From NCBI GenBank assembly GCA_037447435.1, contig JBBIGR010000001.1:206902-270901 (forward strand): 64,000 nt of DNA, in the 5' to 3' direction. Each line of letters starts with the position of its first letter. Position 1 is the first letter of the stretch. The DNA comes from Fibrobacteria bacterium (GTDB lineage: Bacteria > Fibrobacterota > Chitinivibrionia > Chitinivibrionales > FEN-1185). The translations under genes were made by a program, and so were the position numbers. Below, in pieces: positions 28,526 to 37,139 of the stretch. The notes beneath the pieces are model-generated. The model worked only from the letters and a program-made list of their open reading frames with translations. It made no database searches and was not told where the DNA came from.

Positions 28526-29716
28526 GTGGAACAACGGCCGAAAATTCGGGTTTGCATCGTGGACGACGACGAAGACTATTTCGTCATTACCAAGGATTTG
28601 CTTTCGGAAAGCGACAGCTTCTCTTTTGTCACATCGTGGATACCCACGTTCGAACAAGCTCTGGATGAAATCAGGAGCGTCGAATACGATGTTTTTTTAT
28701 TCGATTACCGCTTGGGAAAAGACAACGGCCTCGATTTGCTGAAAGAGGTCATTGCCAAAGGAATTCGAACTCCCGTGATCATGCTGACCGGTCAGGGGGA
28801 CAAGGACATTGATTTTGAAGCAATGCGCCGCGGCGCGGCAGACTACCTTGTCAAAGGCAAAATCGACGGTGCGGTGCTCGAGCGATCGATACGATATGCG
28901 ATAGAGCATAATAAAACGCTGGGACAACTTCGGGCTTCGCGAGATTCCTTGTATACAACCACCCAACAGCTTGAAAAGGCGTTGACCAGCATCAATGAAG
29001 AACTCGAAACCGCCCAGCGCGTGCAAAAATCCCTTTTACCGCAAAACCTCGCCGCAGTCGGCGGCGTCGATGTTGCGGTTTCGTATATGCCCACCAGCAT
29101 CATCGGCGGCGACATGTACGATATCGTCGAGATAGACGACGACCGGATCGCGTTTTTGATTCTCGACGTTTGCGGCCACGGCGTTCCCGCAGCTCTTATT
29201 GCAGCAATGTCGAAGGTCTCGTTCACCCGGACAATTTTGAAATACGATTCGCCCCGTTACATTTTTACGCAAGTAAACGGAGAATTGTGCCGTTTCATGC
29301 CCGACGGACGGTATGTCACCGGTTTCTTGGGCATTCTGGACAAAGCAAAAAAGACCTTCACCTATTCCCGAGCCGGCCATCCGCCGGTAGCGCTCGTTCG
29401 ACCGGGAAGCGACGCTGTTTCGTATCTGAAAATACCTGCCCCGCTTATCGGGATCTTTTACGACAGTAAATTCGAAGAAGCGTCGATAGACGTTTCAAGC
29501 GGCGATGTTCTGGTTTTTTATACCGACGGGCTGGTTGAATGCGTTGACGCGGACGGGAAACATTTTAACATGCAGGAATTCGAAAACGCGGTACTTGCCA
29601 ATAAGAGCGATACTGCGGCTGCGATTTTGGATTCCATTTCTTTGTCGCTGAATTCTTTCCGTAGCGGAGCTCCGCAAGCGGACGATATTACGACTTTAGT
29701 CGTGAAAATCCAGTAA
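28526..29716 (+). CDS. Response regulator receiver + PP2C/SpoIIE (RsbU-like) phosphatase
   Basis: VDDDED..DYRL..LTG; GGDMYD, DVCGHG, YTDGL, DDIT; GTG start after AAAGGA. Confidence 0.9.
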   Translation: MEQRPKIRVCIVDDDEDYFVITKDLLSESDSFSFVTSWIPTFEQALDEIRSVEYDVFLFDYRLGKDNGLDLLKEVIAKGIRTPVIMLTGQGDKDIDFEAMRRGAADYLVKGKIDGAVLERSIRYAIEHNKTLGQLRASRDSLYTTTQQLEKALTSINEELETAQRVQKSLLPQNLAAVGGVDVAVSYMPTSIIGGDMYDIVEIDDDRIAFLILDVCGHGVPAALIAAMSKVSFTRTILKYDSPRYIFTQVNGELCRFMPDGRYVTGFLGILDKAKKTFTYSRAGHPPVALVRPGSDAVSYLKIPAPLIGIFYDSKFEEASIDVSSGDVLVFYTDGLVECVDADGKHFNMQEFENAVLANKSDTAAAILDSISLSLNSFRSGAPQADDITTLVVKIQ

Positions 29717-29717
29717 C

Positions 29718-29745
29718 GGCACCCCGCACCAAAGCGCGGGGCGCT
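29718..29745. terminator. Stem-loop between convergent genes
   Basis: GGCACCCCGC-ACCAAAGC-GCGGGGCGCT. Confidence 0.5.
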
Positions 29746-29760
29746 TACATTCCCTAAAAA

Positions 29761-30516
29761 TTACGCTTTCACCGTACCCTGCTTGGCCGTGTTCCTGATG
29801 CGCATATAACCGAAAGTATTCCAAAGCTGTTCGTAAAACGGACGCAAATCGTTTTTCTCGATGGAATCCGTATTGACAAATTCTATTTTATGCAAAAGCG
29901 CATCGGCTTGTTGCGCGCGCTTACCCGGAAAATGAACCGCTTTGCTTGAAACCGTATGATCTTTGATGCCCAGCAGGCTGATGAGAAGAACATACGGCCC
30001 GCCGACGCCGACGAGTTTGTAAATTTGCAACAGTTCATTGCATGCCGCAACGATCCGGTCGGAAAACAGGTCTATTTGGAAATAGGGAACATTTTTATCG
30101 GTGCCGAAAAACAGTGAGTCCACCGCTTCGACGATGCCGTTGCGATGCAGTTCCAGGGAAGCCAGCGGCTTGCGCGTATCGAAACTGTTTTGCAATAACA
30201 GGATACCGCTTGAATTGAATTGGGGCTCTACCGTACCGCCGAACAGAAGATGCAAAGACTTGGAAATATAGGTACTGATGCCGACTATGCCATATGTCTT
30301 TTCAGTAAACATTGCATCGCGCGGGAAAAGATGCAAAACCACCTTTGGGCCTTCTATGCCCTGACCGGCCGTGCCGCTTGCGATTTCGGTGAGTCTGTCT
30401 GCGCGAAACTCGTCGATCGCCTTTTCGAAACGGACAATCGGATATCCGCAATAAACGCATTGGTCTGAAAACGAACTCACCTGTTTGTCGCATTCTCCGC
30501 ATTGGATGAGGGCCAT
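29761..30516 (-). CDS. Zinc-ribbon protein with a C-terminal domain resembling that of AlbA_2/Schlafen-fusion proteins
   Basis: CGEC...CVYCGYP; VVLHLFP, RNGIVEAV, PYVLLISLLG, LWNTFGY. Confidence 0.6.
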   Translation of the reverse strand: MALIQCGECDKQVSSFSDQCVYCGYPIVRFEKAIDEFRADRLTEIASGTAGQGIEGPKVVLHLFPRDAMFTEKTYGIVGISTYISKSLHLLFGGTVEPQFNSSGILLLQNSFDTRKPLASLELHRNGIVEAVDSLFFGTDKNVPYFQIDLFSDRIVAACNELLQIYKLVGVGGPYVLLISLLGIKDHTVSSKAVHFPGKRAQQADALLHKIEFVNTDSIEKNDLRPFYEQLWNTFGYMRIRNTAKQGTVKA

Positions 30517-30550
30517 ACGTATGTATCTCCTTTGTTTCTATGGTACGTTA

Positions 30551-31576
30551 TTATCGTCCTACCCGTATTTCCTGCCATATTTTATTGTACAGTTCCAAAG
30601 ACTCGCCGATATCGTTTTTCAATTCCGAATTAGCAATGTCGGAAAGTTCATAATTCGATTTTTTCGTCGTGAACTTTTTCGCTTCGACATTGATACAGGG
30701 ATATCTCAGATAATCGATGATTTTGGCATACACCTTAGGATCATGAATATAATTGATAAATGAATACGCGAGGTCTTTGTGTTTCGCATCTTTGAGCACG
30801 ACCAAGTTGTCGATGTAAGCGGTGCCGCCCTCTTTAGGAATGAAAAATTCGATTTCCGAGGTTTTGGTTGAATCGTATTCCCGCATGACGTTTTCGGCGT
30901 ATCCTTGGACGACCCAGAATTCTCCGGCAGCAAAGCCCTTTGCAAAGGCCTCGGCATCGAATTTGCAGAGATTGGCTTTCCATCCCAGTACCACCTGTTT
31001 CGCCTTATCGAGTTCCTGGGGATTCGTGGAATTGACGGAATATCCGAGCGATCGCAATGCTGCGCCTAAAACCTCGCGCATGTCGTCGAGCATGGTCATC
31101 CTGTTTTTAAGATCGGCCCTATTGAAAATGTTCCAACTTTTTTCATACTTCGCAACGCGCGTCTTATTTACGGCAATGCCGCTTCCGCCCATCATATAGG
31201 GAACGCTGAATTTATTGCCTTTGTCGAACGTGATTCGGGCAAGTACCGCGGTATCGATATTTTTAAAATTGGGGATTTTCGATATATCGAGCGGAGAAAG
31301 CATGTTTTCCTTAATCATTATGGAAACGTAATCCTGCGACGGCACGACGATATCGTATCCGCTTGCCCCGGATTTAAGTTTTGCAAACATGTCCTCGTTC
31401 GACGGATAAACGTCGTACACTATTTCGACATTGAACCGCTTTTCGAAATCGCGCAGAACATCGTCGGGCATGTAATAGGTCCAGTTATATATAAACAGCT
31501 TCTGCTTTCCGCTGTTCGAACAAGAAAGGAAAACCGCGATCATGAAACACAGAATTATCGCAACCTGTTTTTTCAT
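30551..31576 (-). CDS. potD: Spermidine/putrescine ABC transporter substrate-binding lipoprotein
   Basis: Lipobox FLSC, IYNWTYY, SNEDMFAKL, YDIVVPS, IPKEG. Confidence 0.9.
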   Translation of the reverse strand: MKKQVAIILCFMIAVFLSCSNSGKQKLFIYNWTYYMPDDVLRDFEKRFNVEIVYDVYPSNEDMFAKLKSGASGYDIVVPSQDYVSIMIKENMLSPLDISKIPNFKNIDTAVLARITFDKGNKFSVPYMMGGSGIAVNKTRVAKYEKSWNIFNRADLKNRMTMLDDMREVLGAALRSLGYSVNSTNPQELDKAKQVVLGWKANLCKFDAEAFAKGFAAGEFWVVQGYAENVMREYDSTKTSEIEFFIPKEGGTAYIDNLVVLKDAKHKDLAYSFINYIHDPKVYAKIIDYLRYPCINVEAKKFTTKKSNYELSDIANSELKNDIGESLELYNKIWQEIRVGR

Positions 31577-31588
31577 AGTATTCTCCGT

Positions 31589-32380
31589 TTACTTTTGCAG
31601 AATATATTTATACAGCCCTTTGGTAGAAAAAGCGAGCAAAACCGAACCGACGATAAGAACAAACGAAAGCGCATTAATGACCGGTGAAACGCCGAACCGT
31701 ATCATGGAATACACATGCAACGGCAGGGTGGATGAACCCGGGCCGGCAACAAAAAACGTGATGACGAAATCCTCGAGCGACAAGGTAACGGACACCAAAA
31801 ACGCCGCGATAATGCCCGGCATGGACACCGGCACGATGACGCGAAGGAGCGTCTGGATTTCGCTTGCTCCCAAATCGTATGCCGCCTCGACAACGGCATA
31901 GTCGAATTCGTCGAGCCTTGACGAAACAATAAGCAATGCGTAGGGGAGGCAAAAGGTGGTATGCGCGACAAAAACGGTAAACAAGCCGAGCTTAAGCCCC
32001 ATGACGCCGAACATGATAAGCAGCGAAACGCCGATGATTATTTCCGGAATGATGAGAGGCAAAAAAGACGCGACCTGCACATATTTTTTAAACTTGAAAT
32101 TATACCAGTACATGCCGATTGCGGCCAGAGTACCGAGCAGCGTCGACACCGAAGCCGAGGTTGCGGCTATGAATGCGCTGTTGCAGAAAGCTTCCCACAA
32201 GTCGCGGGAATGCATGAAAAGATCCGCATACCAGCGCAGGGAAAAACGAGACCAATTCATTGTTTTAGACTCGTTAAAAGAAAACAAAATAAGCACAAGC
32301 AACGGCGCATAAAAAAACGCGATAGTGGTGCAGAAGGCAAAAAGCGAGATCCGATGCCGTTTGAGACTTGAGGATTTCAT
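31589..32380 (-). CDS. potC: Spermidine/putrescine ABC permease
   Basis: FSFN..FSLRWY, EAAYDLGA, SLEDF, TLPL. Confidence 0.9.
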   Translation of the reverse strand: MKSSSLKRHRISLFAFCTTIAFFYAPLLVLILFSFNESKTMNWSRFSLRWYADLFMHSRDLWEAFCNSAFIAATSASVSTLLGTLAAIGMYWYNFKFKKYVQVASFLPLIIPEIIIGVSLLIMFGVMGLKLGLFTVFVAHTTFCLPYALLIVSSRLDEFDYAVVEAAYDLGASEIQTLLRVIVPVSMPGIIAAFLVSVTLSLEDFVITFFVAGPGSSTLPLHVYSMIRFGVSPVINALSFVLIVGSVLLAFSTKGLYKYILQK

Positions 32381-33210
32381 GCCGTTTCCCGTTTACCGTT
32401 GAGCTTAACAAATACAAGTACTCCGATCATCGTTACCAGCGTAAGAACAACCGAAATCGATGACGACAGCGGCCAATTTCTTGTGACGGTCAGCTCACGG
32501 GCTATGACGTTGCCCAGCATGAAGGAATCGCGACCGCCGACAAGTTGCGGCACCGCATATTGTCCGAAAGCCGGAATAAACGTAAACAATATCGCGGTGA
32601 TGATTCCCGATTTAATCGCGGGAAGCAGGACTTTGACCATGGCCTGGCTTTTGGTTGCACCCAAATCCTGCGCTGCCTCGAGCAAAGAAAAATCGAATTT
32701 TTCTATCGTTGAATAGAGGGGAAGGATCGCAAACGGCAAATACGTATACACCATGACGACAATGACGGCATATTGATTATATAGAAATTGCGTCGGCGAA
32801 TTTATGATGTGCGTTGCGATCAGGAATTCGTTCAAAAACCCATTGTTTCCCAAAATCGCTATCCAGGCATAAATACGGATGAGAAAATTGGTCCAGAACG
32901 GTATGATGACAAGCAACAAAAAAAGTGTTTTATATTTACTTCTTGCAATATAATAAGCGGCGGGAATAGCCAAAATCAATGTCAATGCGGTTGCCGCCAT
33001 TGCCTGAAATACGGTTGTGGCCGCGACAATGAGCAGCGTCGAGTTGGCAAGTGCGGAATAGGCGGCCAGGGAAAAATGCCCTACGACTCCGCCGTACAAT
33101 CCTTTTTGCAAAAAACTGTAAAGAAAAATAACGGCAATGGGCACTACGAAAAATACGGTGATCCACACTGCCACGGGAAAGGTATAAGCGGGGCCGTAAT
33201 TACGCCTCAC
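32377..33210 (-). CDS. potB: Spermidine/putrescine ABC permease
   Basis: PFWTNFLIRIYAW, YLPF.ILPLY, EAAQDLGA. Confidence 0.9.
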   Translation of the reverse strand: MRRNYGPAYTFPVAVWITVFFVVPIAVIFLYSFLQKGLYGGVVGHFSLAAYSALANSTLLIVAATTVFQAMAATALTLILAIPAAYYIARSKYKTLFLLLVIIPFWTNFLIRIYAWIAILGNNGFLNEFLIATHIINSPTQFLYNQYAVIVVMVYTYLPFAILPLYSTIEKFDFSLLEAAQDLGATKSQAMVKVLLPAIKSGIITAILFTFIPAFGQYAVPQLVGGRDSFMLGNVIARELTVTRNWPLSSSISVVLTLVTMIGVLVFVKLNGKRETA

Positions 33211-34292
33211 GGTCGTCGCGCCTCCACGATATAGCCGTCATGCGCGTTCCAAAAAGCAAAGGCAGTATCGCCGTAGCGCACGGCGTCCGATGCTTCTTTC
33301 GCACCATGTTGCTGTTTGAATACCTTCAGTTGCTGGCCAAAGGCGGTCGTGAGAAAAAACTTTGTCAAAAAGCCGGTATATATGGTTTCGTCGACTTTTC
33401 CTTCGATACAATTTTGCGAATCGTCGGACACCGGTTTCGACTTGCTTATCCTGATTTTTTCCGGACGGATCGCACAGTGAACCGCATCGCCGATTTCCAC
33501 GTTTTGTGATGCGGCAACCAGTATGTTCCCGCAATTCGGCGTCGACAATGTCGCTATTCCATTATTTTTTGCAACAACATTTCCCTGTAGCATATTCGTT
33601 TCCCCGATAAATGTTGCGACAAAGGAATTTGCCGGGGTTTCGTAAATTTCGGCAGGCGTCCCGACCTGTTGAATCACACCTTCATTCATCACCGCAACCC
33701 TGTCGGACACGCTTATCGCCTCCTGCTGGTCGTGAGTCACATAAATAAAGGTGATTCCTATCTGGTCGTGAATTGCATCGAGTTCGATAAGCATATGCTG
33801 CCGGAGTTTGGCGTCGAGCAATAGCACGCTCGGTTCGTTGATCAATGCGCGCGCAATGGCAACGCGTTGTTTTTGCCCGCCCGACATCTGTGAAGGCATT
33901 TTGAATATATGATCGTCAAGTTTCACGAGTTTCAAATAATGGCGTACTCTTTCGTCCAGTTCGTTTTCTTTTGTTTTTTTCAACCGTAAAGGGAACGCGA
34001 CGTTTTCATATACCGAAAGATGCGGGAACAATGCGTAACTTTGAAATACGGTATTGACATGACGCTTGTTGGACGGCAAAGAAAGAACGCTTGAGTCATC
34101 GAGAAGGACATCGCCTTCGGATGGATCTTCGAAACCGGCGATTATGCGCAACAGCGTTGTTTTACCGCAGCCCGAAGGTCCGAGCAATGAAAAAAATTCG
34201 CCTTTTTTTATTTCAAAGCTCACATCGGAAACGGCAGAAAAACGGCCGAATTGACGGCTGACATTTCTTATGGTAACGGTACTTCCCTTCAA
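33207..34292 (-). CDS. potA: Polyamine ABC ATP-binding protein with an in-frame 7-aa deletion at Walker B/D-loop (possibly inactive)
   Basis: GPSGCGKT, VFQSYALFPH, SGGQKQR; reads VLLLDAKLR instead of VLLLDEPLSALDAKLR; C-terminal TOBE-like region. Confidence 0.88.
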   Translation of the reverse strand: MKGSTVTIRNVSRQFGRFSAVSDVSFEIKKGEFFSLLGPSGCGKTTLLRIIAGFEDPSEGDVLLDDSSVLSLPSNKRHVNTVFQSYALFPHLSVYENVAFPLRLKKTKENELDERVRHYLKLVKLDDHIFKMPSQMSGGQKQRVAIARALINEPSVLLLDAKLRQHMLIELDAIHDQIGITFIYVTHDQQEAISVSDRVAVMNEGVIQQVGTPAEIYETPANSFVATFIGETNMLQGNVVAKNNGIATLSTPNCGNILVAASQNVEIGDAVHCAIRPEKIRISKSKPVSDDSQNCIEGKVDETIYTGFLTKFFLTTAFGQQLKVFKQQHGAKEASDAVRYGDTAFAFWNAHDGYIVEARRP

Positions 34293-34412
34293 AGCCTGCC
34301 TCGCTAAAATGAATGTGCGGTATTGTACGGTGTTTCAAAAATATATTTATTCATTGCAATAACAATAATTACTGCATGTAGTATTTTTAAATTTCTTTAA
34401 CCAGGCATACTA

Positions 34413-35030
34413 ATGATTGCAATTATCGATTACAAAGCCGGAAACCTTACCTCTGTTAAAAGGGCGCTTGATTATTTGGGTATTCCCAATGTGATTACGC
34501 CCGATCCCGAAGTCATTTTGAAAAGCGAGCGGATAATTTTCCCCGGAGTCGGCAATGCCGAAACCGCGATTCCCGTTTTGCGCGAACGAGGCATAGATTC
34601 CGCCCTGAAACAGGCTTTTTTGCAGGGAATACCCATACTCGGAATTTGCCTTGGTACTCAAATAATTTTGTCGCATTCCGAAGAAGGCGATACGCAGTGT
34701 CTCGGCATTATTGAGGGCACGGTTAAAAAATTCGACTTAAAAAATCCGATGTTCAAGATTCCCCACATGGGTTGGAATGAAATCATGGTGCAGACCCCCC
34801 ATTTCGTGCTGAAAGACATTACCAAGGGTTCGCAGGTGTATTTCGTCCATTCGTTTTATCCGCAACCGGCTGATAAATCCATGGTTATTGCTTCATGTGA
34901 ATACGAGATAACCTTCCCATGCGCAATCGGGACAAAAAACCTTATCGCGACCCAGTTTCACCCGGAGAAAAGCGGCTTTATCGGGCTTTCGGTGCTTAAA
35001 AACTTTGCAGCCTGGACACCATCATGTTGA
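34413..35030 (+). CDS. hisH: Imidazole glycerol phosphate synthase, glutaminase subunit
   Basis: IIDY..GNL.SV, PGVG, GICLG, PHMGWN, QFHPEKS. Confidence 0.95.
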   Translation: MIAIIDYKAGNLTSVKRALDYLGIPNVITPDPEVILKSERIIFPGVGNAETAIPVLRERGIDSALKQAFLQGIPILGICLGTQIILSHSEEGDTQCLGIIEGTVKKFDLKNPMFKIPHMGWNEIMVQTPHFVLKDITKGSQVYFVHSFYPQPADKSMVIASCEYEITFPCAIGTKNLIATQFHPEKSGFIGLSVLKNFAAWTPSC

Positions 35031-35800
35031 GCAAACGCATTATTTCATGCCTTGATGTTCGCGACGGAAAACTTGCTAAAAGCGTTAAATTCGTCGATAC
35101 AAAAGACATCGGCGATCCTGTCGTCACTGCCAAGAAATATTTCGAGGACGGCATCGACGAACTTGTTTTTTACGACATCACCGCCTCAAGCGACAAACGA
35201 AACATCATGCTCGACGTTGTCAGCAATGTCGCGAGTCAGATTTTCATTCCGTTTTCGGTAGGCGGCGGTTTGCGATCGGTTGACGACTGTAAAAAAGTGC
35301 TGCTGGCCGGGGCTGAAAAAGTCAATGTCAATACCGCGGCGGTCGCCAACCCGCAGCTTATTTCCGAAGCCTCTGCCGCATTCGGCGCCCAGTGCGTGGT
35401 GCTGTCTATGGACGTGCTTCGCACCGACGTTTCCGACACGATTCCCTCGGGATATGAAATCGTGACTCACGGCGGACGCAATCGCACCGGTCTGGATGCC
35501 ATCGCCTGGGCCAAAAAAGGCGAGTTTCTGGGCGCCGGGGAAATCGTGGTAAATTCCATCGATGCCGACGGGACCAAAGAAGGTTATGAAATTACCTTGA
35601 CGCGCATGATTGCCGAAGCGGTCGGTATCCCGGTCATTGCGTCGGGCGGCGGCGGAACGCCCCAGCATTTATTCGACGTTTTGACCCAAGGCAAAGCCGA
35701 TGCCGCGCTTATCGCTTCCATTCTTCATTTTGGAGAATACACCATTTCTGAAGTAAAAAAATTTCTGCATGAAAAAGGCATTAAAATCCGGTTGCCGTAA
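35024..35800 (+). CDS. hisF: Imidazole glycerol phosphate synthase, cyclase subunit
   Basis: [41 protein letters not shown]. Confidence 0.95.
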   Translation: MLSKRIISCLDVRDGKLAKSVKFVDTKDIGDPVVTAKKYFEDGIDELVFYDITASSDKRNIMLDVVSNVASQIFIPFSVGGGLRSVDDCKKVLLAGAEKVNVNTAAVANPQLISEASAAFGAQCVVLSMDVLRTDVSDTIPSGYEIVTHGGRNRTGLDAIAWAKKGEFLGAGEIVVNSIDADGTKEGYEITLTRMIAEAVGIPVIASGGGGTPQHLFDVLTQGKADAALIASILHFGEYTISEVKKFLHEKGIKIRLP

Positions 35801-35843
35801 ATCGTTTTCCCTCTTTTATAACCCCTGTGGTTGATGGCAACAG

Positions 35844-36344
35844 TTACCTTACTTTAGATAAAGCAGCCTCGTAATTCGGCTCCTGTGATATTTCCGGAAC
35901 CTGTTCGGTATACGTTACGATTCCTTTTTCATCTATGACAACGACCGCGCGCGACATAAGTCCGCGCATCCCGCCGTCGGCGATGGTGACGCCGTACTCT
36001 TTTCCGAAAGCCGCGTTTCGAAACGTCGATAACGTCACGACATTGCTCAAACCTTCGGTCGTACAAAAACGTTTTGCGGCAAACGGAAGATCCGCAGAGA
36101 TACATAACACGACGGTATTGACAAGACCCGACAACTCCTTATTAAAACGACGAGCCGATGCGGCACAAACGCCGGTATCCAGGCTTGGAAAAATATTAAG
36201 AATTATCTTTTTTCCCGCATAGGCCGACACGGCTATTTCCGAAAGATCGGCACCTGTTAAGGAAAACTGCGGCGCAACGGATCCGATTTTCGGTAAAGAT
36301 CCTACGGTATTGATCGGAGATCCTTTTAAGGTAATGGTGGCCAT
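35844..36344 (-). CDS. tpx: Thiol peroxidase (atypical 2-Cys peroxiredoxin)
   Basis: FPSLDTGVC, SADLPFA.KRFC, EPNYEAAL. Confidence 0.95.
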   Translation of the reverse strand: MATITLKGSPINTVGSLPKIGSVAPQFSLTGADLSEIAVSAYAGKKIILNIFPSLDTGVCAASARRFNKELSGLVNTVVLCISADLPFAAKRFCTTEGLSNVVTLSTFRNAAFGKEYGVTIADGGMRGLMSRAVVVIDEKGIVTYTEQVPEISQEPNYEAALSKVR

Positions 36345-36394
36345 AATTACTCCTTTGTCTAATTTTAATTACTTTCGAGCCGATTTCGACGGAG

Positions 36395-36988
36395 CTATTT
36401 ATACGTTGCAAGGTTTTGCAGCATGCTGATCATACCTGAAATGATTGCGTTGGTCAAAACTTTTTCCGCAAACGGAGTAGTGTCCAATGCACTTCGTTCG
36501 TTTTCGCTGACAATGACGAATTGGTTGAGCAGCTCATCGTTTATTGCACTTCTGATTTTTACCCTAAATTTGACAATTGCCCTGATTTCCTGGGAAAAAA
36601 CTTTATTCGATTCTACTAAATCGCAAGTCAGGACTTCCGCTTGAATAACATATTTAGCCGTTGCCCGCTCCTCGGAATAGGCGGACAATTCCCGCAATGT
36701 GCCGGCAATTGAATTTTTAAGCAAAGAGGAAGGCAGAAGCTTTGTGACGATCGGCGCCGATACGTTCCTGCCGGTCCTGGTCATTCCCAATGTGTCGGTT
36801 GGGGCATTTTGTCTTTTATCCAAAATGTCGCCAACGAAAAATTTTACCTGGAGTTTTTGAGAAAATAAACCCTCAAAACTTTGTATTGTAGGATCAATGA
36901 AAACAGGGGCAGTTTGATCTTTTGCCAAAACGATAAACAAAAAAAATCCGATTGTCACCATAGCTTTTTTCAATACGTTCATACACAC
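36395..36988 (-). CDS. Exported protein, YajG-like
   Basis: Signal-like N-terminus; DKRQ..DTLG motif and YajG-like beta pattern. Confidence 0.5.
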   Translation of the reverse strand: MCMNVLKKAMVTIGFFLFIVLAKDQTAPVFIDPTIQSFEGLFSQKLQVKFFVGDILDKRQNAPTDTLGMTRTGRNVSAPIVTKLLPSSLLKNSIAGTLRELSAYSEERATAKYVIQAEVLTCDLVESNKVFSQEIRAIVKFRVKIRSAINDELLNQFVIVSENERSALDTTPFAEKVLTNAIISGMISMLQNLATYK

Positions 36989-37022
36989 AGCCTTTTAAAA
37001 AGATGAATACTTAAAATACTTA

Positions 37023-37059
37023 TAAAAAGAGCGGGAAGAGTAGTGAACTTTTCCCGCTC
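37023..37059 (-). terminator. Rho-independent terminator after the OmpA-family gene
   Basis: Minus strand GAGCGGGAAAAG-TTCACTA-CTCTTCCCGCTC-TTTTT; a second hairpin lies at 37089-37112. Confidence 0.75.
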
Positions 37060-37139
37060 AATGAGTACGCAGATTCGAATCGGCAAGAAAGGGTTTTGCT
37101 CTCAAAACCCTTCCTATCGCATATTCTTAACGGTCAATG

